64,000 bases of DNA from a virus: IMG/VR virus record IMGVR_UViG_3300025684_000015, positions 1 to 64,000 of that record; one strand, 5' to 3'. Position 1 is the first letter of the stretch, and each line of letters starts with the position of its first letter. A program made the position numbers and the translations under genes. Positions 56,247 through 64,000 of the stretch are shown piece after piece. Below the pieces are notes generated by a model. The model did no database searches and was not told the DNA's origin. It saw nothing but the letters and a program-made list of their open reading frames with translations.

Positions 56247-56672
56247 GTGAATTTTATGAAGTATTTAGCGATAATAATAACCAGTCTTTTATTTAGTATA
56301 GAAGCCATGGCAGAAAATAGTTCACTCAATTTGCAAATGCCATCACCTGGAACTCAATATGGCCAAGATAGTATTCGATCAGGAGAAATTGATTGTAAAA
56401 ATGCTATTGGTGGATCAACCAATTTTGAGTTTGGAGTAACAGGAATTATTGACAATTACAATAGTCCTTTCTCTAATGACAATGGTGCATCTACTAAAGA
56501 TATTGGCGTATATGCTAGAATTACAATCCCTTTAGATGGACCTAAAGAACGAATCAATTGTAATTCTTTATATGAATTAGAATTACGAAAAAAACGAATA
56601 GAAGTTTTAAAGCTCCAAGAAGAATTAGAAGCTTTAAAGAAATTAAACGCTCAAAGCGGCTTTGAAAATTAA
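56247..56672 (+). CDS. exported protein with amphipathic beta-hairpin and coiled coil
   Basis: Signal ending AMA; C...NFEFGVTG...IGVYARITIPL...C; C-terminal heptads. Confidence 0.7.
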   Translation: MNFMKYLAIIITSLLFSIEAMAENSSLNLQMPSPGTQYGQDSIRSGEIDCKNAIGGSTNFEFGVTGIIDNYNSPFSNDNGASTKDIGVYARITIPLDGPKERINCNSLYELELRKKRIEVLKLQEELEALKKLNAQSGFEN

Positions 56673-56762
56673 AATGTACTTTATTGAAGTTTTAAGATGG
56701 GCTATAGCCGTTCTAAAACAGAAAAGAATCAAACGAGCATTAAAGCGCTCTAGGAGAAAATA

Positions 56763-57197
56763 ATGTACGAATATAGAGTTAAAGTCAACAAAGTAGTAGA
56801 CGGTGATACCGTTGATGTTGATATTGAATTGGGATTTGGTGTTGTGCTATCTGATGAACGTGTAAGAATTATGGGTATTGATACTCCTGAAAGTCGCACT
56901 CGTGATTTAACAGAAAAAGCATTCGGTCTTGCAGCTAAGAAAAGATTGCAAGAACTTCTTGGTGATGTTGCAGTTTTAAGAACACAAATTGCTAAAAATG
57001 GTGAAGATATGAAAGGTAAGTTTGGCCGTGTCCTTGGTGACTTTGTTGCTGAAGATGGTCGAATGATTACCGAAATTATGATAGAAGAAGGACATTGCGT
57101 TCCTTACTTTGGTGGAAGTAAAGAAGAAACTCAGGCTGCACACATGGTTAATCGTGAAAGATTGATTGCCGAAGGTGTAGTTACCTTAGACGATTAA
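56763..57197 (+). CDS. thermonuclease (SNase)-family nuclease
   Basis: VVDGDT, RVRIMGIDTPE, GKFGRVLG. Confidence 0.88.
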   Translation: MYEYRVKVNKVVDGDTVDVDIELGFGVVLSDERVRIMGIDTPESRTRDLTEKAFGLAAKKRLQELLGDVAVLRTQIAKNGEDMKGKFGRVLGDFVAEDGRMITEIMIEEGHCVPYFGGSKEETQAAHMVNRERLIAEGVVTLDD

Positions 57198-57209
57198 GGA
57201 GAGATTCAT

Positions 57210-57422
57210 ATGTATGATTTATATTCTAAAAAAGAAAAAATATATTTCCTTATTTGCGGAATTTTAATGGCTTTAGGATTATCAGTAACAACTTACTTTT
57301 ATTTTAAATCTAGAGTTATTTCAATGCAATGGGAACAATCTTTTACAACTCCAAAAGAATACTGGTCAAAAGTTCCAAAATGGGAATGGAAACCAGTATT
57401 TAAAGAAGACAAATTAGGTTAG
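57210..57422 (+). CDS. small membrane protein
   Basis: GGAG SD; one TM. Confidence 0.6.
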   Translation: MYDLYSKKEKIYFLICGILMALGLSVTTYFYFKSRVISMQWEQSFTTPKEYWSKVPKWEWKPVFKEDKLG

Positions 57423-57432
57423 GAGAATTCAA

Positions 57433-58020
57433 ATGCTTACAACAATAATAGATCAATTAGTTAATTTCTGGCAATTTACAATTGTTGGTATACTCGTACT
57501 TATCGGGTTTATTGCTAATCTATTTGGTGTTGATAATGATAAAGAATTGGTTAGCTTTTCATACGAAGAAATGCCTAACATGCGACCTATTAAAATAGAA
57601 ACTGCGGGCAAAGGTTTCTGGGGAGCTATATGGATGTGGTTTGTGGGTGTGCGTCAATGGGAAATTGCTGAAGATTTTAAATATAAATTGCAAAATGAAG
57701 AATTTGTAATTCCAGCAGGATTTACTTTTGATGGCGCATCAGTACCTAAATTTTTAGCTACTTGGTTATCACCAACTGGGGTATTGTTAATGGGTGGTCT
57801 TATTCATGACTACGCATACAAATATCAAAGACTACTTAAAGTTGATGGTACTACAACGCATCTTATGAATCAAAGACAAGCTGATATGATCTTTAGAGAC
57901 ATTAATATTGAACAAAATGGATTCCATTTACTTAACTACTTAGCCTATTGGGCTTTACGTATTGGTGGTTTTGTTGCATGGAATGGTCATAGAAAAAGAA
58001 ACGTGCAAATAGGAGAATAA
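57433..58020 (+). CDS. DUF1353-family protein with N-terminal TM
   Basis: IPAGFTFDGASVP, LIHDYAY, QADMIF, ALRIGG. Confidence 0.8.
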   Translation: MLTTIIDQLVNFWQFTIVGILVLIGFIANLFGVDNDKELVSFSYEEMPNMRPIKIETAGKGFWGAIWMWFVGVRQWEIAEDFKYKLQNEEFVIPAGFTFDGASVPKFLATWLSPTGVLLMGGLIHDYAYKYQRLLKVDGTTTHLMNQRQADMIFRDINIEQNGFHLLNYLAYWALRIGGFVAWNGHRKRNVQIGE

Positions 58021-58021
58021 C

Positions 58022-58567
58022 ATGGCAGAATTCGAATTTGCTGGAACCACCTTTCGTGGTGGAAAAATGTTTATGGTTCTTACTGCTCTATCAACTCTAG
58101 GCGGTGCTGCTTGGGGTGGATTCGAATTCTATAATGACTATAGGAATATGAAAGAAATTGTTGAAAACATCGATGTGGATGCAATTAAAGCTGAAAATAC
58201 TTTAGTTATTCAAAAGATGGATGAACAAATGATTCGTATTGAAGAAGCTATAGAATATACACGAGACATTAAATCTGGTTTAAGAGATGATATTCTTTCG
58301 GTTGAAAAGCAAGTAGATCGTATGGAAGACAAAATTAGATCTTCTGAACAAGAAACTCGTGAACTTATAGTAAATGCAGAAGAACGATTTGAGGCAAAAA
58401 GAGACGCTCTACAAAACGATTATGACCAAAAGGCCAGTCGTCTTGCAGAGCGAAATGATAATACTATAAAAGACCTTGAGACAAAGGTAGCTCGAGATCT
58501 GAAGGACCTTGAAGATCAGTTGACAAAGAAGTTGCAGCGGTCACTGGACAATCCACTTGCGAACTAA
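58022..58567 (+). CDS. membrane-anchored coiled-coil protein
   Basis: N-terminal TM, long heptad repeat, ends LDNPLAN. Confidence 0.7.
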   Translation: MAEFEFAGTTFRGGKMFMVLTALSTLGGAAWGGFEFYNDYRNMKEIVENIDVDAIKAENTLVIQKMDEQMIRIEEAIEYTRDIKSGLRDDILSVEKQVDRMEDKIRSSEQETRELIVNAEERFEAKRDALQNDYDQKASRLAERNDNTIKDLETKVARDLKDLEDQLTKKLQRSLDNPLAN

Positions 58568-58829
58568 GGTCATGGATATATAACTGGATGAGTGCATAGT
58601 GAAGGACCTTCATAAGGTCTTTCCTTGCATCATCTGGTGATCCTTTCTTACCATAACGTTGAGCATATTTCATAACGTTACCAATACAAAATCCAGTACC
58701 ATGACCACCATCAATAATAAATTCAGTTGCTTGAAATTTGTCAGTTGAATAATGACCTTTATACGTAGAATCAATATATGATTTAAATTGGCGAATCAAT
58801 TCACCTTCATTATATTTGTAGTCTATCAT
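58464..58829 (-). CDS. DUF3310-like protein
   Basis: Start MIDYKY; HY...QATEFI...GFCIGNVMKYAQRYGKK...DLMKVLHY. Confidence 0.75.
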   Translation of the reverse strand: MIDYKYNEGELIRQFKSYIDSTYKGHYSTDKFQATEFIIDGGHGTGFCIGNVMKYAQRYGKKGSPDDARKDLMKVLHYALIQLYIHDLSSQVDCPVTAATSLSTDLQGPSDLELPLSQGLL

Positions 58830-58830
58830 T

Positions 58831-59148
58831 TTATCTCCTATAAATGTATGCTTTATAAAGTGAAGCATTTTTGATTCCACCGACAATATTTCCAAAGTAA
58901 TCGTAAGAAACCTCGCCTTTTGAATTACAGAATGCATAATGTGGGTGAACAGCTTTCATTTTTTGGTATGGCTTACGACCACGAATAACAACTCTCCAGC
59001 GATAGTCATCTCCACGCTGTTTATTCCATTCGTTAAATCGCGAAACCATACCTCTAACCATTTGCAATTCTTGCATGTCTTTTTCATTATCAGGTGAAAA
59101 AGTGCCAACATATGAGTCAGTTGGATAACGTTGTGGTTCAATCGCCAT
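58831..59148 (-). CDS. hypothetical protein (start MAIEP)
   Basis: Early-operon ORF. Confidence 0.6.
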   Translation of the reverse strand: MAIEPQRYPTDSYVGTFSPDNEKDMQELQMVRGMVSRFNEWNKQRGDDYRWRVVIRGRKPYQKMKAVHPHYAFCNSKGEVSYDYFGNIVGGIKNASLYKAYIYRR

Positions 59149-59350
59149 TGTACATACCCTCCGCAATATAAGCAGCATAATCTGCTAAATCATTACCAAT
59201 TGTTTCAAATTCCTCAATTGCAGATTCACGCTGTATTGGTTTACTAGCAAATTCTGCACGAACCATAGTCATGAACTGGTCACGAGGTGTATTATAATTT
59301 TCTTGAGCAAATTCTTGCCCCTCAAAAACTGCTTGTCCCATCTTACTCAT
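59138..59350 (-). CDS. hypothetical protein
   Basis: Coupled ORF. Confidence 0.6.
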   Translation of the reverse strand: MSKMGQAVFEGQEFAQENYNTPRDQFMTMVRAEFASKPIQRESAIEEFETIGNDLADYAAYIAEGMYNGD

Positions 59351-59534
59351 AATCGTTTCCTTTCATCAATATTATACCTATTATTATACAACAAAAACCA
59401 GCCAATGTAAAGGCAATAATTTGAGTTAATGACATTGCATTTTCCATACACGCGCCATCACAATCTGATCCCGCTGATCCAAGAATAAGAATAAACCCAA
59501 AGAAAGCAATTAATCCACCCATCATTTTTGACAT
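59343..59534 (-). CDS. small 2-TM membrane protein
   Basis: Two hydrophobic helices. Confidence 0.6.
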   Translation of the reverse strand: MSKMMGGLIAFFGFILILGSAGSDCDGACMENAMSLTQIIAFTLAGFCCIIIGIILMKGNDYE

Positions 59535-59746
59535 TACACTTCCTCCACTGTAATTTTATATTTCTTACCATTCATATCTTCAACACTAATTGTTTTTTTA
59601 GTAGATACGAAATAACCTTTGTCAGGATGTAAATCCATTTGAACTTTTGAAACATCGCTCAACTTGATACGATCGGGATTCATGTATTGATCTCTAATCA
59701 AACCTTTTTGTACTGCATCTGCAATATAATCACAATAAGCTAACAT
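59534..59746 (-). CDS. hypothetical protein
   Basis: GGAGAG SD; coupled ORF. Confidence 0.65.
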   Translation of the reverse strand: MLAYCDYIADAVQKGLIRDQYMNPDRIKLSDVSKVQMDLHPDKGYFVSTKKTISVEDMNGKKYKITVEEV

Positions 59747-59757
59747 AACTATCTCTC

Positions 59758-60048
59758 CTAAGAACCTAAAACAATTTCATATGAACCATCTGCATCTTTT
59801 CTAAAAGCTTCGATAAAATAATGCCAATCAAAGTCGGCCTGAATACGAAGACTATTTGCAGCGCGGATAACATCTGCTTCATCACCTGAAGACAAAAATG
59901 ACGATACTTGAGATTTTTCATAGTTGGGATAATCCCCACCTGAAATATAAGTATAAGTGATACGACTACCAGCTGGTGGTAAAGTAACATCATCACAAAG
60001 TACAGATTCTACAAAGTCATTCATCATTGGTTTAGTTCCTTTTTTCAT
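59758..60048 (-). CDS. hypothetical early protein (start probably MMNDF)
   Basis: First gene after promoter cassette F. Confidence 0.65.
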   Translation of the reverse strand: MKKGTKPMMNDFVESVLCDDVTLPPAGSRITYTYISGGDYPNYEKSQVSSFLSSGDEADVIRAANSLRIQADFDWHYFIEAFRKDADGSYEIVLGS

Positions 60049-60150
60049 TTTATAAGTATATTATACTATACTTTTTAGCCTTTGTAAACAAAAAAATGCA
60101 CTTAATTTGAAAAAAAGTGCATTTAGTTTGAGAGGAAAATCAATAACTTA
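60044..60150 (-). promoter_or_regulatory. early promoter cassette (copy F)
   Basis: -10 60060-60065, -35 60083-60088, long TGCA inverted repeat, AATCAATAACTTA at 60138-60150. Confidence 0.85.
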
Positions 60151-60170
60151 GGAATTATTTTAAAAAAATA

Positions 60171-60842
60171 TTAAATATTCTCCACATATTCATCAATTAG
60201 AGGGAAGATTTTAGCAATTGCACAAGCACATTCCCTTGCAATTTCCATATGTTCTTTTTGAGTACCATTGGCAGATCTTAGCTCAATGTAATGAATCCAA
60301 GATCGAAGGGTACCATTCACATATAACCTAGACTTAGTCAATCCTTCAGGTAGTACAGCACGAGCTTGTTCTTTTGCAATACCATGATCTAAAGCCCACG
60401 CATAAACTTCTTGCACCATCCAAAGTACTCTACGTTGATGCCGATCCCATTCCCTCTGAAGTTCTTCACTATCAGTTTCAATAGAGTTCTGACGATTCTT
60501 TGTATCTTGCAATCGAGCTTCTCTAATCTCAAACTCATCAGTTAAATCACGAACATCAGCATATCGTTGAGAAAACTCTTGAAATGAAAATGATCTATGC
60601 CTTAATAGTTGTCTTGCAATGTCTCGAGTTGTTTCAACTTCTATGCAAGCAGATACCATTTCGAAGGGTGACCAGTGTTTGTGCTTTGCGAGATAGGCAA
60701 GTAACCTTTCTGACGTCGCAGAAGAAATTTGGTTCGAGGGGTTGGATACACGGGCGCAATACGCCACGAGTTCTTGGATATCATTACCGACATATAGTTC
60801 TCCTTCTGGGGTTTGCGAATATGAGATTAATCGTGCTTTCAT
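60171..60842 (-). CDS. thyX: flavin-dependent thymidylate synthase
   Basis: HWSPFE, RQLLRHRSFSFQEFSQRY, EQARAVLP. Confidence 0.95.
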   Translation of the reverse strand: MKARLISYSQTPEGELYVGNDIQELVAYCARVSNPSNQISSATSERLLAYLAKHKHWSPFEMVSACIEVETTRDIARQLLRHRSFSFQEFSQRYADVRDLTDEFEIREARLQDTKNRQNSIETDSEELQREWDRHQRRVLWMVQEVYAWALDHGIAKEQARAVLPEGLTKSRLYVNGTLRSWIHYIELRSANGTQKEHMEIARECACAIAKIFPLIDEYVENI

Positions 60843-61030
60843 GTCTGTGGATCCTGGCCTGGTTGGTAATATTGGGCTTCTTCTGGTTTTAAGGAATTTT
60901 TTATACTATCCTTAAGTATCTCGTTAAATCCTCTATCCAAAATCCATTGCTTAGCGGCTTCATCCATTTCTAATGAAATAATGCCTTGGTCTGAGTCATA
61001 GCTAATTACATCTAATTTCATAGTTTCCAT
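60839..61030 (-). CDS. small hypothetical protein
   Basis: Coupled between gp41 and thyX. Confidence 0.55.
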   Translation of the reverse strand: METMKLDVISYDSDQGIISLEMDEAAKQWILDRGFNEILKDSIKNSLKPEEAQYYQPGQDPQT

Positions 61031-62421
61031 CCATCAAATTTTTCAGCTGAAATTCTACCACCGGCATTTGACTTATCAAAAACTGGAGTATCATCAACCA
61101 GTTGTGGTTCTTGAGATTGATCCACATCGTATAGTCTCATTCTAGATCTATCTATACCGACAACAAATCTTTTATAAAGCGTGGGATCATTATAACGATT
61201 TTTAAGTTGCTTGACCATAAGTTGTCCATCTTTTTCGAGTTCTTCGGTTGAGATGAGTGCAAACATAAGATCGGCGGTAGCGGGTAATCCAAAAGACTCG
61301 GACGTATCTTCAAGCCCAACATCTGAGTTAGAATAACCCGAGCGAGTCGTTTGCGTTGCAGAGAACACCGGCACATCGAATTCGACGGCAAGTCCACGTA
61401 ATTCTTCAGCAACTGCTTTAATGTAAGTGTATGAGTTGATTGCACCACCCATTCCCTTCATTCGAGATGAAGCACAGATATTTAAGTAATCAATAAAGAT
61501 AATATCAGGTTCAAACTGTTTCTTTAATTTCAACTCATTCAATAAAGCTCTAAAGTGCCCTGCATGAGCTGACCCAGTAGGATATTCCTTTACAATCAAT
61601 CGACCTGTAGTCTTACGAGCTAAGTTTGCAATTTTACTTGTAAACATATCTTTTGACATTTTATCGAGTTGATCAATGGGAACATTCAATAAGTTAGCAT
61701 CGATACGCTCAGCAATACGTTCTTCTGCCATTTCCATCGTAATATAAAGAACATTACGACCTTCTACCAAAGCGCCACTAGCAACATGACACATGAATAG
61801 AGACTTGCCAACGCCAGTACCTGCAAGGGCAATGTTAAGTGTTTTACGTGGTACACCACCCTTTGTAATTTTATTGAGATAATCGAGATCAAAGGGAATC
61901 CTATCTTCTTCTGTATGGTAGAAATCAAATCGTTGTTCAGCATTATCAACATAATCGTGACCAACATTAGTATCAAAGGCTACGCCAAGAGCTTTTGTAA
62001 GAAGATCTGGTAAAGCATTCTTAGTTAAAGTATCATGTTTACCATCAATAATATTAATAGATTCCATTACTGCATTATAAATTGCACGATCTTGACACCA
62101 CTTTTCAGTATTATCAAGTAACCAATTTTCATCTACTGTATCACCAACAAATAATTGTTTAGCAATTTCTACTGCAGCAGTAAAAGTATCACCATTTAGA
62201 TTTGAATGCTCATTTAATTCTACTAAGAAAGTTTCTTGACTTGGTAGTTTATTATATTTTGCGACAAATTTACCAGCTTCTTTAAAGAGCGCTCTATATG
62301 GCCCTTCAAAGTATTCTGGTTTAATAAATGGTAACACCTTACGCATGTAATCTTCATTAGTTAAAAGATTACGCAGTATTGTATTCTCAATTTGTAAGTT
62401 CATCTCCATTTTCCCGATCAT
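61018..62421 (-). CDS. 41: T4 gp41-like replicative helicase
   Basis: AGTGVGKS, ITMEM, VKEYPTG, IDYLNIC, SATQTTR, TSESFGLPATAD, KNRY. Confidence 0.95.
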   Translation of the reverse strand: MIGKMEMNLQIENTILRNLLTNEDYMRKVLPFIKPEYFEGPYRALFKEAGKFVAKYNKLPSQETFLVELNEHSNLNGDTFTAAVEIAKQLFVGDTVDENWLLDNTEKWCQDRAIYNAVMESINIIDGKHDTLTKNALPDLLTKALGVAFDTNVGHDYVDNAEQRFDFYHTEEDRIPFDLDYLNKITKGGVPRKTLNIALAGTGVGKSLFMCHVASGALVEGRNVLYITMEMAEERIAERIDANLLNVPIDQLDKMSKDMFTSKIANLARKTTGRLIVKEYPTGSAHAGHFRALLNELKLKKQFEPDIIFIDYLNICASSRMKGMGGAINSYTYIKAVAEELRGLAVEFDVPVFSATQTTRSGYSNSDVGLEDTSESFGLPATADLMFALISTEELEKDGQLMVKQLKNRYNDPTLYKRFVVGIDRSRMRLYDVDQSQEPQLVDDTPVFDKSNAGGRISAEKFDGWKL

Positions 62422-62734
62422 AAGCTTTCACAAAGCCTTCTTCAAGGCCTTTATCAATAATATCTAATAATACCATACCAGCGAAGTTTTGTAAACCATT
62501 ATTTTCAACTGATAGGTTTTCATCGGGTGTATCTACAATTTGAAAGTCAAAAGTTAATGCCTCTTCTTTATCGTTATATCCAATTTCACCAAAGACAATA
62601 GTAGTCTCCACGAAGTCACCAGACTCAAAGCGTACTGCCCAAGCATCTGGATGTTCTTCGTGGTGTACTAATTTATAGTCTTTATTTTCACTCAATGATA
62701 TCATCATCAATCTCAATAATCTTATTGCCACCAA
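62387..62734 (-). CDS. hypothetical protein at the T4 gene 40 position
   Basis: Lies between uvsX and 41. Confidence 0.6.
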   Translation of the reverse strand: MVAIRLLRLMMISLSENKDYKLVHHEEHPDAWAVRFESGDFVETTIVFGEIGYNDKEEALTFDFQIVDTPDENLSVENNGLQNFAGMVLLDIIDKGLEEGFVKAYDRENGDELTN

Positions 62735-63734
62735 TTTTATAACACTGAGTTAAATATTCTTTAAAATCGGTTTCTTCAAAAATAGATGTCCAGAATTCGG
62801 GGTCAAGAGTTTGTTTTTCTCGTACCTTTTGATCTGAAATTTCTCCAGTTTCTCTATCAACTTTGGCGTACCAGCCATTAGAAGGTTTGGCAATATAGTT
62901 ACCTGTAAGTGCAATTTCACGAAGACCAGAGAACTTTTGTACGCCACCTTCCCAAGATACTGAAATAGGAATCTTTGATTTTTCTTTGACATAACGAGAT
63001 TTCTCAACGTTAATTACAAAGTCATAACCAGTAATTTCAGTTCCAGTCTTATTTTGTCGGCGACCAAGAATCCAGATATTATCGGCTGAGTAATAGATAC
63101 CAGTACCACCAGAAACAATAGCCTTAGGGAACAATCCAATCTCTTGATAAGTATGGTTAACCGCAATCAATGGGATATTCTTCATTGCTAGATATGGTGT
63201 ACACATACGGAACAAACCTTTTAATGCTTTTGCACGAGACATATCAGCAACTGATTTCTCATTCAGTGCATCTTCAAGTTCTTTCTTTGAAGCTAGGTTA
63301 CCAACAGAGTCAATAACAATACAAACTCGATCGTTATAATCTAAAGACTCTAATTGATGTACAATATCAAATTTAAGTTCTTCTACGTTTGTAATAGGTG
63401 TGTGCAATACCCGAGAAGTATCGATCTCGAATTGTTCAAAGTATTGTTGTGGTGAACCAAACTCTGAATCATAAAACAATAATACTGCTTCAGGATATTT
63501 TTTAAGATATGCCGAAGCCATAATCAATGCAAACGAAGTTTTAAAGTGTTTTGATGGACCGGCAAGAACTGTTAGTCCTGGAGCTAGACCACCATCAGCA
63601 CTGCCAGATAAAGCTACGTTAATCATTGGTACATCTGTTGGGATCATATCTTTATCGGTAAAGAATTTAGATTCAGAAAGAACTTCAGTGTGTTTGACTC
63701 TGGAATTCTTTTTTAGTTTATCCATAATGGACAT
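62688..63734 (-). CDS. uvsX: RecA-like recombinase
   Basis: AGPSKHFKT, YDSEFG, IDSVGNLAS, VADMSRAK, SGGTG, KSRYVKEK. Confidence 0.95.
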   Translation of the reverse strand: MSIMDKLKKNSRVKHTEVLSESKFFTDKDMIPTDVPMINVALSGSADGGLAPGLTVLAGPSKHFKTSFALIMASAYLKKYPEAVLLFYDSEFGSPQQYFEQFEIDTSRVLHTPITNVEELKFDIVHQLESLDYNDRVCIVIDSVGNLASKKELEDALNEKSVADMSRAKALKGLFRMCTPYLAMKNIPLIAVNHTYQEIGLFPKAIVSGGTGIYYSADNIWILGRRQNKTGTEITGYDFVINVEKSRYVKEKSKIPISVSWEGGVQKFSGLREIALTGNYIAKPSNGWYAKVDRETGEISDQKVREKQTLDPEFWTSIFEETDFKEYLTQCYKIGGNKIIEIDDDIIE

Positions 63735-63770
63735 ATAGTACTCCTATTTCCTTTTGATTAATTAAGTTAT

Positions 63771-63799
63771 ATTATACCATAAATTCATCTAATTGTAAA
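63771..63799 (-). promoter_or_regulatory. early-type promoter for uvsX
   Basis: TTTACA-17-TATAAT. Confidence 0.65.
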
Positions 63800-64000
63800 C
63801 CATTATTTTCATATTGTAGTGTTTGACTTTTATTATCTTGAATAAGAAAATTAGTATCAAGCATTTTATTATGAGATCTACCCTCAATAAAAGACTTTAC
63901 TTCCATAGCCATATCTTTTGCTGTAGAAACTGGTACGTTTTGGCAAATGTGATTTAAGTTTGATAAACCACCATGAAGCTGAAAATCATTAGGCAATTTC
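63772..64000 (-). CDS. 3' end of a probable C5-cytosine DNA methyltransferase (partial)
   Basis: LPNDFQL...HICQNVPVSTA resembles C5-MTase motifs IX/X; ORF is open at the window edge. Confidence 0.55.
   Translation of the reverse strand, partial: KLPNDFQLHGGLSNLNHICQNVPVSTAKDMAMEVKSFIEGRSHNKMLDTNFLIQDNKSQTLQYENNGLQLDEFMV

Noticed and set aside
4770-60150. Dispersed near-identical repeats as a CRISPR array or MITE
   Set aside because: Copies are kilobases apart, have no regular spacers or target-site duplications, and each contains a correctly spaced -35/-10 before a gene; they are promoters
1-64000. Stop-codon reassignment
   Set aside because: Core genes translate to full length in the standard code and tile densely; no suppressor tRNA seen

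Overview
64 kb of an AT-rich, T4-like (myovirus) phage genome, almost all on the - strand. Core genes: gp32 (partial), gp33, PhoH, a Cas4-like exonuclease, nrdA/nrdB, a spanin pair, thyX, gp41 helicase and uvsX. It also carries 3 tRNAs and a circularly permuted, alphaproteobacterial-type tmRNA, which points to an alphaproteobacterial and probably marine host (inference). Both sigma70-type early promoters (TTTACA-17-TATAAT) and T4 late promoters (TATAAATA) can be read directly. Main accessory islands: (i) a ~7.6 kb glycan-building cluster (5.5-13.1 kb); (ii) a run of proteins with T4-type capsid-targeting N-termini, including ligase-fold, nucleotidyltransferase and nuclease-like enzymes (28-36 kb); (iii) an apparently duplicated module of PP-loop amide ligases, 2OG-Fe(II) oxygenases, TctABC and signal-less DctP proteins (40.8-52.9 kb); (iv) a late + strand operon of five exported proteins resembling a minimal pilus/fibre assembly system (53.8-56.7 kb). 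Non-coding highlights: a ~375-nt structured, pseudoknotted RNA candidate 3' of tRNA-Leu, an ORF whose stop codon lies inside tRNA-Leu, and a repeated early-promoter cassette with a TGCA inverted repeat and an IHF-consensus box. All family calls come from motif recognition by eye; no database searches were run.
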